A DNA stretch of 64,000 nucleotides, taken from Prevotellaceae bacterium UBA711 (GTDB taxonomy: Bacteria; Bacteroidota; Bacteroidia; Bacteroidales; Bacteroidaceae). Under the pieces are notes generated by a model, which saw only the letters and a list, made by a program, of their open reading frames with translations, was not told the origin of the DNA and searched no databases. Shown one piece after another: positions 1 to 10,726 of this stretch. Made by a program: the position numbers and the translations under genes. The stretch spans positions 2,374 through 66,373 of the forward strand of contig DBLZ01000042.1 of assembly GCA_002297545.1 (NCBI GenBank). The letters run 5' to 3'. Within the stretch, counting starts at the first letter, position 1, and each line of letters opens with the position of its first letter.

Positions 1-413
1 AGTACCTGCCTCGCTTCGACTATGACGACGAGGAACTGGAACAGGCCGTGCAATGGTACGACGGTCTGGCACGCATGATCAACGAGGAAGGATGCCGCCA
101 GGCGGGCCACGTGCAGGTTATCCGCAACACCATATTCCTGCTGACCGACCGCCATCGCGAACTACTGGCCGACCCTCAGGAGGCTATCTACAATGCCGCC
201 TACTACAAGGCGCTGCCCTTCATCGTGGAGCTTCGCAGCAAGGGAAACGGAAAAATGAGGCCCGAACTGGAAACCGCCCTGGACGCCATGTACGGAGTGA
301 CGCTGTTGCGCATGCAGGGCAAACCGGTCAGCGCCGAAACATCGGCAGCCATATCGGCCATAAGCCACTTCCTGAACATGCTGGCAGAGAAATACACGCC
401 GGAGCATCCCTGA
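1..413 (+). CDS. hypothetical protein, C-terminal part (reading frame open to the window edge)
   Basis: The frame of ORF 48..413 stays open back to nt 3 (YLPRFDYDDEELEQAVQW...). No motif recognised. Confidence 0.45.
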   Translation, partial: YLPRFDYDDEELEQAVQWYDGLARMINEEGCRQAGHVQVIRNTIFLLTDRHRELLADPQEAIYNAAYYKALPFIVELRSKGNGKMRPELETALDAMYGVTLLRMQGKPVSAETSAAISAISHFLNMLAEKYTPEHP

Positions 414-502
414 GACGACAGACACCGGCACATCGCAGACACAACGAACATACCGTATAACGAAACACTATTATAGAGAGTACGTAGCATATTGCATAAG
501 AC

Positions 503-2101
503 ATGACAGAGGAAATACTACGCAGACGCACATTCGCCATCATCGCACACCCCGACGCGGGTAAGACCACACTGACCGAGAAGTTTCTGCTCTTCGGCGG
601 ACAGATACAGGTGGCCGGAGCTGTAAAGAGCAACAAAATAAAGAAGACCGCCACGTCCGACTGGATGGAGATAGAGAAGCAGCGCGGTATCTCGGTGACC
701 ACCTCGGTGATGGAGTTCGAGTATGCCCCCGAGGGCACACCGGCCGCCAAGCCCTATAAGATAAACATCCTGGACACACCCGGTCACCAGGACTTTGCCG
801 AAGACACGTTCCGCACGCTCACTGCCGTGGACAGCGCCATCATCGTGGTGGATGGTGCCAAGGGTGTGGAGGCACAGACACGCAAGTTGATGGAAGTCTG
901 CCGCATGCGCAAGACACCCGTCATCATCTTCATCAACAAGATGGACCGCGAGGGTCGCGACCCGTTCGACCTGCTCGACGAGTTGGAGAATGAGTTGAAA
1001 ATAGCGGTGCGCCCCCTCTCCTGGCCTATCAATCAGGGGCAACGCTTCAAGGGCGTCTATAACATATACGAGCAGAGGCTGAATCTCTTTCAGGCCAACA
1101 AGCAGAAAGTGACCGAGAAGGTGGAAGTGGACATCGTTGGCGAAGAGCTGGACCAATGGGTAGGCCAAGCGGATGCCGCCAAGTTGCGCGAGGACCTGGA
1201 GATGATAGAGGGTGTGTATCCTGCCTTTGACGAAGCGGAATACAAGGAGGCACACCTGGCACCCGTGTTCTTCGGCTCTGCACTGACCAACTTTGGCGTG
1301 CAGGAACTGCTGGACTGCTTCTGCAAGATAGCACCCGCACCACGCCCGGTGATGGCCGAGGAGCGAGAAGTCGACCCGGACGAGAAGAAGTTCACGGGCT
1401 TCATCTTCAAGATAACGGCCAACATCGACCCCAACCACCGCTCCTGCATAGCCTTTTGCAAGGTGTGCTCGGGCCGCTTCGTCCGCAACGCACCCTACCT
1501 GCACGTCCGCAACGGCAAGACGGTGCGTTTCTCCAGCCCCACACAGTTCATGGCCCAGCGCAAGGAGACCATCGACGAGGCCTGGGCCGGCGACATCGTA
1601 GGCCTGCCGGACAACGGCATCTTCAAGATAGGCGACACGCTCACGGAAGGTGAGCAACTGCACTTCCGCGGCCTGCCTTCATTCTCGCCCAAAATGTTCA
1701 AGTACATAGAGAACGCCGACCCGATGAAGACCAAGCAACTGGAAAAGGGCATCAACCAACTGATGGACGAGGGCGTGGCACAGTTGTTCGTCAACCAGTT
1801 CAACGGGCGCAAGATCATAGGCACCGTGGGACAGTTGCAGTTCGAAGTGATCCAGTACCGTCTGGAAAACGAGTACGGAGCCAAATGCCGCTGGGAACCC
1901 ATCCATCTGCACAAGGCATGCTGGATATCATGCGAGCCTGGCTACGAGGCCGAGATGGAGAACTTCAAGAAACGCAAGTACCAGTACATGGCCAAAGACC
2001 GCGATGGGCGCGACGTCTTCCTGGCCGACAGCGGCTATGTCCTGAGCATGGCACAGCAGGACTTCGAGCATCTGTTGTTCCACTTTTCGAGCGAGTTTTA
2101 A
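503..2101 (+). CDS. prfC: peptide chain release factor 3 (translational GTPase)
   Basis: 532 aa. N-terminal G domain [26 protein letters not shown]. Length and overall sequence are typical of RF3. Confidence 0.95.
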   Translation: MTEEILRRRTFAIIAHPDAGKTTLTEKFLLFGGQIQVAGAVKSNKIKKTATSDWMEIEKQRGISVTTSVMEFEYAPEGTPAAKPYKINILDTPGHQDFAEDTFRTLTAVDSAIIVVDGAKGVEAQTRKLMEVCRMRKTPVIIFINKMDREGRDPFDLLDELENELKIAVRPLSWPINQGQRFKGVYNIYEQRLNLFQANKQKVTEKVEVDIVGEELDQWVGQADAAKLREDLEMIEGVYPAFDEAEYKEAHLAPVFFGSALTNFGVQELLDCFCKIAPAPRPVMAEEREVDPDEKKFTGFIFKITANIDPNHRSCIAFCKVCSGRFVRNAPYLHVRNGKTVRFSSPTQFMAQRKETIDEAWAGDIVGLPDNGIFKIGDTLTEGEQLHFRGLPSFSPKMFKYIENADPMKTKQLEKGINQLMDEGVAQLFVNQFNGRKIIGTVGQLQFEVIQYRLENEYGAKCRWEPIHLHKACWISCEPGYEAEMENFKKRKYQYMAKDRDGRDVFLADSGYVLSMAQQDFEHLLFHFSSEF

Positions 2102-2200
2102 GGCCACACACACGAAACACACCGGCATCGGTCATACCTTATATTATAATACGCGCGCACGAACAGGACAAACCTGCAGACGCGCATCACAATCAAGCAC

Positions 2201-2767
2201 ATGAACTGCGAAATAGACATCAAGCAAGCCGTGGACTGCCTCCGCAAGGGGGGCGTCATCCTATACCCCACCGACACGGTATGGGGGCTGGGATGCGATG
2301 CCACCAACGAGGCGGCCGTGAGACGTATCTATGAAATCAAGCAGCGCCAGGACGCCAAGGCCATGCTGTGCCTTGTGGACAAGCCCGACCGCATACAGCG
2401 CTACTTCCGCACCATCCCCGACGTGGCATGGGACATCTTCGACTCAGCCAACTCGCCTGTGAGCGTAATACTGGACGGTGCCGAGGGCGTGGCTCCCAGC
2501 CTGGTGGCTGAGGACGGATCGTTGGGAATAAGGGTGACGCGAGAGCAATTCTCGCATGACATCTGCTACCGCCTGCAACGCCCCCTCGTGAGCACCAGTG
2601 CCAACATCAGCGGAGAACCCACGGCACGCACCTTCCGCGAAATAAGTGAGGAGATCAAGTCACAGGTGGACTACATCTGCTCCTTCCGCCGCGGCGACAA
2701 CATTCCCGGCGCGCCAAGCCGCATAATCAAGCTGGGGCTGGACAGTAGCGTGAAGATCATCCGATAA
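2201..2767 (+). CDS. tsaC: L-threonylcarbamoyladenylate synthase (YrdC/TsaC/Sua5 domain protein)
   Basis: 188 aa. YPTDTVWGLGCDATN and STSANISGEP are typical YrdC-domain motifs. Confidence 0.85.
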   Translation: MNCEIDIKQAVDCLRKGGVILYPTDTVWGLGCDATNEAAVRRIYEIKQRQDAKAMLCLVDKPDRIQRYFRTIPDVAWDIFDSANSPVSVILDGAEGVAPSLVAEDGSLGIRVTREQFSHDICYRLQRPLVSTSANISGEPTARTFREISEEIKSQVDYICSFRRGDNIPGAPSRIIKLGLDSSVKIIR

Positions 2768-2841
2768 AGGGTTGTGAGGCTATCGCCTCCACGCAAGCCT
2801 TTCCTCCCCCCTCACCACCCCTGCCACAAATAGCACACCAC

Positions 2842-4638
2842 ATGAATACACGCAATACTGCCGCAGCCATGCTACGCTGGCGCAGACGCCACTTAGACAA
2901 GATAAGCGATGAACGCCTGGTGCTGTTCATCAGTTTCCTGGTGGGCATATTCACAGCCCTGGCGGGATGGTTGCTGAAGTGGATCATCCACAACATAGAG
3001 CACGTACTGACATACAGTTACTCCAGCACCGGAGCCAACTGGCTCAACCTGATATTCCCTGTGGTGGGCATAGGCATCACCATGCTCTTCATACGCTATG
3101 TCGTGCGCGACGACATCAGCCATGGCGTTACCAAAATACTGTTTGCCCTGGCACGCAACAAAAGTAAGATAAAACTCCACAACACCTACACCTCGCTACT
3201 TGCCTCGGCCATCACCATCGGCTTTGGCGGCAGCGTGGGTGCCGAGGCTCCCATCGTGCTCACCGGCAGTGCCATAGGCAGCAACCTGGGGCGTCTGTTC
3301 CATTTGTCGGGCAGGCACATGATGCTACTGGTGGGATGCGGTGCGGCAGGTGCTGTGGCAGGTATATTCAAGGCTCCTATAGCCGGTCTGGTATTCGTAT
3401 TGGAAGTACTGATGATAGACCTGACCATGGGGTCCCTGCTGCCCTTGCTGGTCAGCTGCGTAACAGCGGCCGCCGTTACCTTCAGCCTCTCCGGAATGGG
3501 GGCGGTGTTCGAGTTCCACCTGATAGACCCCTTCGTCGTAAAACGCATACCGGCCTATCTGTCACTGGGAATATGCTGTGGTTTGGTGGCCCTGTACTTC
3601 ACGCGTACCATGAACTGGCTGGAAGGTATCTTCCGCGACTTGCAACTACCCTACAAGAAGTTCCTCTTGGGCGGTGCCATGCTGAGCATACTCATATTCC
3701 TCTTCCCGTCGCTCTACGGTGAAGGCTACACTCTGATAGAACTGCTGCTCAACGGCAAGAGCATGGAGGACTGGCAACAGGCCATGGACGGATCCTTCTT
3801 CGCAGGCCACACCAAAATGCTCATTCCATACCTGGTGTTGGTCATACTGATGAAAGTGTTTGCCTCCACGGCCACCAATGGCGGAGGCGGTTGCGGCGGC
3901 ATATTTGCCCCCTCCCTCTTCCTGGGATGCGTGGCCGGCTTCGTGTTCTCACGCCTATGGAACTACTACACGCCACTCGGTATAGAAGTATCAGAATGTA
4001 ACTTCGCCATGATGGGCATGTGCGGACTTATGAGCGGCGTGATGCACGCCCCACTGACAGGCATTTTCCTGATTGCCGAGCTGACAGGCGGCTACGGCAT
4101 GTTCGTCCCACTGATGATGGTGGCCGTGATGGCATACCTCACCATAAAGGCGTTCGAACCTCACAGCATCTATGCCATGCGCCTGGCCAGACGTGGCGAA
4201 CTGCTCACCCACCACACCGACCGCTCCGTGCTGACGCTCATGAGCATGGACTCTGTGATTGAGAAAAGCGACAAGGTGCTGTATCCCGACCAAACCCTCG
4301 GCGACGTGGCAAACCTGGTGGCAAACAGCAAGGGCTACATCTTCCCTGTTGTCAACCGGCAGATGCAACTGGTAGGTATCATGCGCCTGGACGACATACG
4401 CCACCTGGTCTTCCGCCCGGAGTTGTTCCAGCGCTTCCGCGTGTCCCAACTGATGATACAGCCCCCGGCCATTCTTGGCATGGACAGCAATATGGATGCC
4501 GTGATACGCACCTTCGACAACACTCACTCATGGAATCTGCCCGTAGCGGACAAAGACGGCATCTTCGTGGGATTCATACGCAAGAGCACCATATTGTCGG
4601 TGTACAGACGCATATTGTCCGACTACTCCAACGACTGA
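2842..4638 (+). CDS. ClC-family chloride channel / H+-Cl- antiporter with C-terminal CBS pair
   Basis: 598 aa polytopic protein. ClC selectivity motifs GSVGAEAP and GGIFAPSLFLG. The C-terminal ~150 aa are CBS-like. Confidence 0.9.
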   Translation: MNTRNTAAAMLRWRRRHLDKISDERLVLFISFLVGIFTALAGWLLKWIIHNIEHVLTYSYSSTGANWLNLIFPVVGIGITMLFIRYVVRDDISHGVTKILFALARNKSKIKLHNTYTSLLASAITIGFGGSVGAEAPIVLTGSAIGSNLGRLFHLSGRHMMLLVGCGAAGAVAGIFKAPIAGLVFVLEVLMIDLTMGSLLPLLVSCVTAAAVTFSLSGMGAVFEFHLIDPFVVKRIPAYLSLGICCGLVALYFTRTMNWLEGIFRDLQLPYKKFLLGGAMLSILIFLFPSLYGEGYTLIELLLNGKSMEDWQQAMDGSFFAGHTKMLIPYLVLVILMKVFASTATNGGGGCGGIFAPSLFLGCVAGFVFSRLWNYYTPLGIEVSECNFAMMGMCGLMSGVMHAPLTGIFLIAELTGGYGMFVPLMMVAVMAYLTIKAFEPHSIYAMRLARRGELLTHHTDRSVLTLMSMDSVIEKSDKVLYPDQTLGDVANLVANSKGYIFPVVNRQMQLVGIMRLDDIRHLVFRPELFQRFRVSQLMIQPPAILGMDSNMDAVIRTFDNTHSWNLPVADKDGIFVGFIRKSTILSVYRRILSDYSND

Positions 4639-4872
4639 CGATATTCTCTGTCCGTGCCCCTGTGCATAGACAAAGGCCCTGACATTTATCCCACCGGGCG
4701 TTCATCAGGGTCTCCATCCAAGACAACCTCCGAAGTCCCTGTTTTGCCCTTACAGACTTACATTCAAACACCTATATATATGACAAGAACAGCAATACAA
4801 CTGCCTCCAATAGACATTATTTATTCCCAAACATACCGACACTCCAGATGGCTGTGGACAACAGTATGAGGA

Positions 4873-4940
4873 CTTACGTGAGTTCGGGATAAGAAACATG
4901 TTATAAAAGTTGGTAATATCTTGTCCCGAACTCACGTAAG
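4873..4940. repeat. perfect 17-bp inverted repeat (cttacgtgagttcggga / tcccgaactcacgtaag) with a 34-nt loop
   Basis: Read directly: 4873-4889 is the reverse complement of 4924-4940. It lies in the AT-rich spacer downstream of the ClC gene. Confidence 0.7.
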
Positions 4941-5195
4941 ATATAACCGTACAAGGACTGGGCACAACCACATTATTCTCCACTGTAGACTCTCCACTAT
5001 GCGGCATGGATCCTAATAATTCTGATTATAGACGTGGATATAGTAGCTCAACGCCAGATGCCAATGGAGGAATCAGATTAGCCACAAAATGCATTCATAT
5101 CATTTCCAACCTGTCTGGCAGATCCTATAATATGTGGTATCCTTGTAAACCAGAAGAAGTACAATGGAAATATAATTTGATAAACATGTAATAAT

Positions 5196-5693
5196 ATGTT
5201 TAGAATCAAGAGTAATATCATATTGTCTCTATTCTTTATTTTTGCATCTGCATCATGCAACAACACCGAAGTACCTACTACTAATGCCATACACATAGGA
5301 CACACATTTGAACCAATCGTAACCTCCATGGTGCCTACTTCAATTATATCCCTACCTAATGGTGTATCATTTGAGGGTATCATAATAAATTCCGCATCAG
5401 AGCTCATTAACAAAGTGCATCCAGATATAATCAACACAGACCATCAATATGAAACAATGAATTACTCGGATAGTAGTCTCATCTCTTTGAGATTTAGGTT
5501 ATTCTACTCTCCTATTGATAGTAAGCATAACATATTACAGGATGCGAATGGTGACATAATCGTGCAGCAATTGCTATCTGTTAATGAAACCATGAATAAG
5601 GACGGTTACTTCATCATGATTAATATGTCAACAAGCAAACTTCCATCCAATGCCAATGTCCGCATAGAGCAGTCGCTTACATTTATTCCATAA
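5196..5693 (+). CDS. hypothetical lipoprotein (AT-rich islet)
   Basis: 165 aa. N-terminal signal plus lipobox (LFFIFASASC). Markedly lower GC than the flanking genes. Confidence 0.5.
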   Translation: MFRIKSNIILSLFFIFASASCNNTEVPTTNAIHIGHTFEPIVTSMVPTSIISLPNGVSFEGIIINSASELINKVHPDIINTDHQYETMNYSDSSLISLRFRLFYSPIDSKHNILQDANGDIIVQQLLSVNETMNKDGYFIMINMSTSKLPSNANVRIEQSLTFIP

Positions 5694-5711
5694 CCTGTCG
5701 ATAATAATATG

Positions 5712-5755
5712 ACGGCAAATGGCTTCCGACACAATAATCGGAAGCCATTTGCCGT
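5712..5755. terminator. bidirectional hairpin terminator between convergent genes
   Basis: 18-bp perfect inverted repeat acggcaaatggcttccga / tcggaagccatttgccgt with an 8-nt loop, flanked by A/T runs. Confidence 0.6.
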
Positions 5756-5955
5756 TATATCAATAGAGTAGCAAAAACGCCTGCACATGATGGGACGCTA
5801 CATGACACAGACCGGACCAAGTCACCACACAAAACACTACACGCCTATGCCACAATCTCTACCCCAACCCATCCTTTTACCTAAACAAGAAGTACTGGAC
5901 GCGCTGCGGCGCTTTGCACGCGAATACCGCCCGGCATAGTCGGGAGCACCAAGTC

Positions 5956-6546
5956 CTACACGGCCAAGTCGAGGCTGTTCTCCATAATCATCTTGCGCAG
6001 ATTGAGCGTGGCATAACGCATGCGCCCCAAGGCCGTATTGATGCTCACGTTGGTAATGCGCGCAATCTCCTTGAAGGACAACTCCTCGTAGAAGCGCAGG
6101 TGTACTATTTCCTGCTGCACCATGGGCAAGCGTGAGATCATATTGCCCAAGGTCTGCACGTCAGCCATACGCAACATTTCCTCCTCGTGGCATTCCTGTG
6201 CAAACCCGGAATTGTTGTATATCACATCCATCTGCCCGTCAGTGTCCAGCCTGAATGTGCTTTTATTGCTTCTCGTGGCATCAACCACCAGGTTATGGGC
6301 AATGCGCATGAGCCAAGCCGAGAACTTACCCGTGGTGCGATACTGATGCCCACGGATACACATTATGGCCTTCATGAAAGTCTCCTGAAACACGTCATTG
6401 GCCCTGTCCACGTCCTGAGTCAGGCGCACAATGTATGCAAAAACACGTTCCTGATTACGTGACAACAATACATCGAAAGCCTCGTCTACACCTTGCTCAT
6501 ACAATCCCACCAGATCATGGTCGGTCATTGCAGCGTACTTGCTCAT
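5956..6546 (-). CDS. RNA polymerase sigma-70 factor, ECF subfamily
   Basis: 196 aa. Region 2 (DVFQETFMKA...FSAWLMRIAHNLVVD) and region 4 HTH (LSFKEIARITNVSINTALGRMRYA). Confidence 0.9.
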   Translation of the reverse strand: MSKYAAMTDHDLVGLYEQGVDEAFDVLLSRNQERVFAYIVRLTQDVDRANDVFQETFMKAIMCIRGHQYRTTGKFSAWLMRIAHNLVVDATRSNKSTFRLDTDGQMDVIYNNSGFAQECHEEEMLRMADVQTLGNMISRLPMVQQEIVHLRFYEELSFKEIARITNVSINTALGRMRYATLNLRKMIMENSLDLAV

Positions 6547-6928
6547 TCTTCTATGCTATTTCAATTAAGGAGTAGACATTTCTCTATAGGCTTCTGCTTG
6601 TGTTTGGTTGTACGTTACGGTTGTCTCCATGCCTGTTTTCACAGACACCGGCAGCAAAGTACGCCTTTTTTCATGAAACCAGCAAGCATTTGCCACTAAA
6701 AGTTGCGCTTTTCCCCACTCCAAGGAAACATTTCTGCCATACGTACGCCCAATTGCATCATTCTATGCCCACTCTGTGCAATATATAGCGTGGAAATACC
6801 GTTCGCACGTTTTTACATCGCTCATTCAACTTTCCCCTTGCCCCATGGCCATATTACGGACAAAAATACATAACTTTGTCTCAGCTAACAAACAACCGGG
6901 ACATTTCATCCGTAAAACATCTATAGAT

Positions 6929-7945
6929 ATGAGCAGACACACACACCTTGCAACAGCCCTGCTATGCATAGGGCTGATGGCTATGAGCACAGCATGCGGC
7001 ACAGGCAGACATAGCACCGGCACCCCCGACAACTGGGTAACAATCACCAACGGCCAACTGTGGCTCACCCCCGAGGGCGACACCGTGCAGGCCCACGCTC
7101 CCGGCTTCCTGCGCCAGGGCAACACGTGGTACATGGTGGGAGAAGATCGGGGAAAGGAATATAATCCAGACGTGAATCTATATAGCAGCACCGACCTGCA
7201 AACGTGGCACTTCGTCAAGAAGATTATCCGGAACGGCGTCACAAGCCCCGACCTTGGCACAAAGCGCATGATAGAGCGGGCCAAAATCCTCTACAATGCC
7301 AAGACCAAGCGCTACGTGGTGTGGTGCCATTGGGAGGCGAGCAACTACGGTGCCTCTGAGGCGGCATGCTTCTCCAGCGACCGCATCGATGGCGACTACC
7401 GTTTGGAATGGAGCGGTCGCCCCATGGGCATCAAGAGCCGCGACTGCAACGTATTCGTGGACAACGACGGTACGGCATACTTCATCGCCACCACAGAGGA
7501 AAACCAGCACCTCGGCCTTTTCCGTCTCTCCGACAACTATCTATCCGCTGCCGCCCACACGCAGCTCTTCCCCGGGCAACAGCGCGAGGCACCGGCCATC
7601 GTACGCCTGGGCAACCGCTACTTCATGTTCTCTTCGGCCTGCACTGGCTGGGCGCCCAACCAATGCAAACTATCATGGACCGATGACCTACACCGTGGAT
7701 GGAGCGATCTGGAGCCTATAGGAGACAGCAAGGCATTCCGCACCCAACCCGCCGCCATACTGGAGATACGCGGCACCCGCGCCACCACCTACCTCTACGT
7801 GGGCGACCGTTGGAAGGACCCCACCCTGGCCGAGACCAAGACCATCATGTTTCCCGTCACCTTCACCGACACGTCATGCGACTTCCAGTACCGCGACTCT
7901 TTCCAGATCAACTTCAAGACCGGAGAATGGCGCGAAAAGAGGTAA
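6929..7945 (+). CDS. glycoside hydrolase family 43-like lipoprotein
   Basis: Start chosen at the internal ATG that gives a signal peptide/lipobox (MSRHTHLATALLCIGLMAMSTAC). Five-bladed-propeller GH43-like blocks (WYMVGEDRG, YSSTDLQTWHF, RDCNVFVDNDGTAYF). Confidence 0.75.
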   Translation: MSRHTHLATALLCIGLMAMSTACGTGRHSTGTPDNWVTITNGQLWLTPEGDTVQAHAPGFLRQGNTWYMVGEDRGKEYNPDVNLYSSTDLQTWHFVKKIIRNGVTSPDLGTKRMIERAKILYNAKTKRYVVWCHWEASNYGASEAACFSSDRIDGDYRLEWSGRPMGIKSRDCNVFVDNDGTAYFIATTEENQHLGLFRLSDNYLSAAAHTQLFPGQQREAPAIVRLGNRYFMFSSACTGWAPNQCKLSWTDDLHRGWSDLEPIGDSKAFRTQPAAILEIRGTRATTYLYVGDRWKDPTLAETKTIMFPVTFTDTSCDFQYRDSFQINFKTGEWREKR

Positions 7946-8033
7946 CAAAACAGCCTTAGACTTCAAATCCGTATCTCAGACGAAACAAGACTCTGCCCAC
8001 AGTCCCTTTTACAATTGTGCTGGATTATAAAAC

Positions 8034-8065
8034 AACGCGGCCGATTTTACAAAATCGGCCGCGTT
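8034..8065. terminator. bidirectional hairpin terminator
   Basis: aacgcggccgatttt-ac-aaaatcggccgcgtt, a 15-bp perfect stem between convergent genes. Confidence 0.7.
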
Positions 8066-8101
8066 GTAAGTATAGACTAATAGTCCCCATTCATTCGGCT
8101 G

Positions 8102-8860
8102 TTACCACACTCTTTTCTTGGATGCCGTGATATACAAATGTCCCTTTGCCGGGTTGACAACGCGTCTTCCCATAAGGTCGTACACAGCCTCGCGCTGACA
8201 TTTGTCCGATGTCACTCCATCTATGCCGGTTACAAGTTTGTCAAAATTTGCTTTGGAGAATATAAGTCTGTCGCCATCGTAGCACTCTGACAGGTATCTT
8301 ACACTGCCATCTGTCACGATTGTTCCGCAGGTGATATAATCAAGGTTTGGAGAGCCTATTCCCTCTATCCAGTAGCCCTCTCCCGCATCGCTATAGTCAC
8401 GATACTTTGTAATGAGAACACGCCGGTCTATACCCTCTATACAATATGTCCTTTCGTCTGCAATTATCATGGCAGGTATCTCAACATCATCGTTTGATTC
8501 ATTGTCAAGGTATGGAACTACCGGATAAAAGACGTCACCTGAATGCAGGCTGAAATCCATCAATGGCCAGACTTTGCCATCTTCATCGAGACTATAGATT
8601 AGTCCATTATCTTCGTATTGAACGAACTTCCAAATATCATGGTCATCGTCCAAAGTTTCCCCGCAGAGAATTGTAGCATTGGCACCATTGATAACAGTGT
8701 CACCGACAACAGATATTTTCCAATAATAATCATTACATGGCATAAGCGTGTTTTTGTTATGATATATCCACGTTTTGCCCGGAGTATATAGCTTCTGCTG
8801 AGCTTGGATGCATAGACCGGCAGACAGAAGCATCATGACGATAATTGCAATTTGTTTCAT
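8102..8860 (-). CDS. secreted hypothetical protein with T9SS C-terminal sorting domain
   Basis: Start at the internal Met gives signal peptide MKQIAIIVMMLLSAGLCIQAQQ. The C-terminus VYDLMGRRVVNPAKGHLYITASKKRVW matches the Por/T9SS CTD pattern. Confidence 0.65.
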   Translation of the reverse strand: MKQIAIIVMMLLSAGLCIQAQQKLYTPGKTWIYHNKNTLMPCNDYYWKISVVGDTVINGANATILCGETLDDDHDIWKFVQYEDNGLIYSLDEDGKVWPLMDFSLHSGDVFYPVVPYLDNESNDDVEIPAMIIADERTYCIEGIDRRVLITKYRDYSDAGEGYWIEGIGSPNLDYITCGTIVTDGSVRYLSECYDGDRLIFSKANFDKLVTGIDGVTSDKCQREAVYDLMGRRVVNPAKGHLYITASKKRVW

Positions 8861-9428
8861 AGTTGTTGATGTTAAGGTTAAACTTTGAGATTGCAACTGT
8901 GACTGCAAAAATACAAAAATATATCAAACAATTGTGTAAGTTATCTATTTTTCATAGAAATACTCTATATTTCTTATCATGAGGCTATTATTATAGGTAG
9001 CTCTAAGCCGTTAATCATAGTTTGCAAATAAAAACAAGAAGATACTCATTATCCTTCATAAGTTAGGTTTCCATTTCGTTCTTATAGTACCGTTTAGTAG
9101 AAAGTATTGCGAACTATGTCGAGACAAAACAGAAAGCAATACAGCATATATAAAGACTAAACGCTTGAAAAGGCAATTACAAAGCACTCCCCCCATTGTC
9201 GGTCTAATGAACAGTTTTCCTCTATAAACAGAACAGACCACCCAATCCATTCCGGTAACAAACGTTGATTTAGGGTTAAATAGAGAATGATTTTTACCGG
9301 ACAGGCGTTATTATCAGGCCGAAAGGGGGCTTAGCCACTATCAAAATCAGCAAGAACAAGGCATTAAAGTCATTTACCGGACACCAATGATGGCGTGTAG
9401 CCGCTTCTTGTAGCAACGACGCAAAATA

Positions 9429-9505
9429 AACCGGTTTATTCCATCAAATGAACCGGTTTATTCTGCACAAAGAACCGGTTTATTCAATTGAACAAACCGG
9501 TTTTT
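9429..9505 (+). repeat. four direct repeats with exact 22-bp phasing and a palindromic AACCGGTT core
   Basis: aaccggtttatt at 9429, 9451 and 9473, and aaccggttttt at 9495. Conserved 12-13 nt followed by ~9 variable nt. Confidence 0.75.
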
Positions 9506-9675
9506 GCATTCACTCGGCCATGGAATGTGCTTTCCATGGCCATGGGGCGTGCGCTCCACGACCACGGAGAATATGCCGAAACCACACGTCAACCACCTTG
9601 GAGCTCCAATATGGAATGGAGTCCAACGCTGCAACTTTGGGGCGAGTACAGGCAGACATGCCCCTTCGCAAATGG

Positions 9676-10540
9676 TCACCTTCCACCCTTTGCCTTGGGG
9701 GTGAACCTATACCTGAACGTCAACGTTGCATATTGATGTAGGAAGCGTTCGCCACCCTCGGTGTGGGTGGTGGCAGTGATGTCGGCATAGACATGCTTCT
9801 GGTTGTTGAGGAGGTCATGACCATAGAGTATCAGCTCAGCACGGTTCTGCATGAAGGAGAAGTCCACCTGTGCATTCAGCAACACCTGGCTACCGTTCAG
9901 GATGGCAGAGTCATACCCACGGTCGAGAATGTACCGGGGCGAGAGGGTAAACTTCCACTGTCCCAGCTTGTAGCGCAGTCGCAACTCCGTGGTATAGTTG
10001 AACAAGTTGCGCGTGGTCTGGGCCGGGTCGCTATAGGAATGACGGTTCCACCGAAAAGTATGGAACGAATAGGCCAGCCAGTCGCCGCCGGTGTACATGA
10101 GCGCAAGTTTGTCCTGCAGCAGCGACTGTCCATGACGGTTGTACGTCATGCCCGTGGCATCGTCCACTATGGTCATGATACCATAGCGCCCGTCATACGT
10201 TCCTGAGACGACATTGCTCAGCATCAGCTCCTTGGCCGGGTTGCACTCGTAGGAAAGGCGTGCACTCCACACGTCGCCACCGCGCACGTTGCGCTTCTGT
10301 TCGGTGTAGGCACCTACATGTGAATCGTAGTGCAGGACGGTGGCAATGGGGTCAATGCTCCGTTGATAATTGAACGAGAATGACAAGGCCTGACTGTGCT
10401 TTGCCCGCATCATGGAGAACTGCAGTCCTATGTCGATTGTATAGGACTTTTCCAGGTCGGGATTGCCCTTGCGTATGTACAGAGGATTAGTATTGTCGGT
10501 GTAGGCTATGCAGTCCATAATGTCGGCAGGTTTTATAATC
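9676..10540 (-). pseudogene. C-terminal fragment of an outer-membrane beta-barrel (OMP_b-brl_3 / TonB-receptor-like) gene split by the prophage
   Basis: Beta-barrel-type alternating sequence, ..IIKPADIMDCIAYTDNTNPLYIRKGNPDLE.. motif, C-terminal ...TLTFRYRF. There is no plausible N-terminus. The matching N-terminal fragment is at 50676-52525. Confidence 0.75.
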
Positions 10541-10606
10541 CGCAAAACGAAATGTTCACGCGTTTTGAAACGAAACGTATATTTTATCAAAACGAAGTGT
10601 ACCGCT
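10541..10606 (+). promoter_or_regulatory. attR-like prophage end: three contiguous putative transposase-binding repeats
   Basis: The motif aaACGAAnnGT has its ACGAA core at 10547, 10570 and 10592 (22-23 bp phasing). This resembles the contiguous R1-R3 sites of Mu. Confidence 0.6.
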
Positions 10607-10664
10607 GAGGGATATTCTGACTTTCAAAAATCGAACGACTTACGTCGGTATTTGTATTACATTT

Positions 10665-10697
10665 GAACGGCATCCGAACACAATTCGGGTGCCGTTC
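10665..10697. terminator. hairpin downstream of the giant tail gene
   Basis: gaacggcatccgaa-cacaa-ttcgggtgccgttc (13/14 bp stem), ~30 nt beyond the stop at 10727. Confidence 0.4.
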
Positions 10698-10726
10698 TTC
10701 TTTCTATTTGTCGCTTTGCTCCAGCT

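Noticed and set aside
6776-6928. The upstream extension of the GH43 ORF (start at 6776)
   Set aside because: The internal ATG at 6929 gives a canonical signal peptide/lipobox. The extension has no such features.
9429-9505. The 22-bp repeats as a CRISPR array
   Set aside because: The units are far too short (a 12-13 nt conserved part with 9-nt spacers). There are only four copies and no cas genes.
9056-9741. Small ORFs (64-97 aa) in the intergenic region left of the OMP fragment
   Set aside because: They mutually overlap on both strands and carry no signal or motif. The region is better described as noncoding with the repeat array.
10536-10545. tgcgg/tgggg (4 of 5) as a 5-bp target-site duplication flanking the symmetric termini
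   Set aside because: It is imperfect, and removing it puts the two OMP halves out of frame (a stop is created). Only the no-duplication join and the TGTCG alternative are kept.
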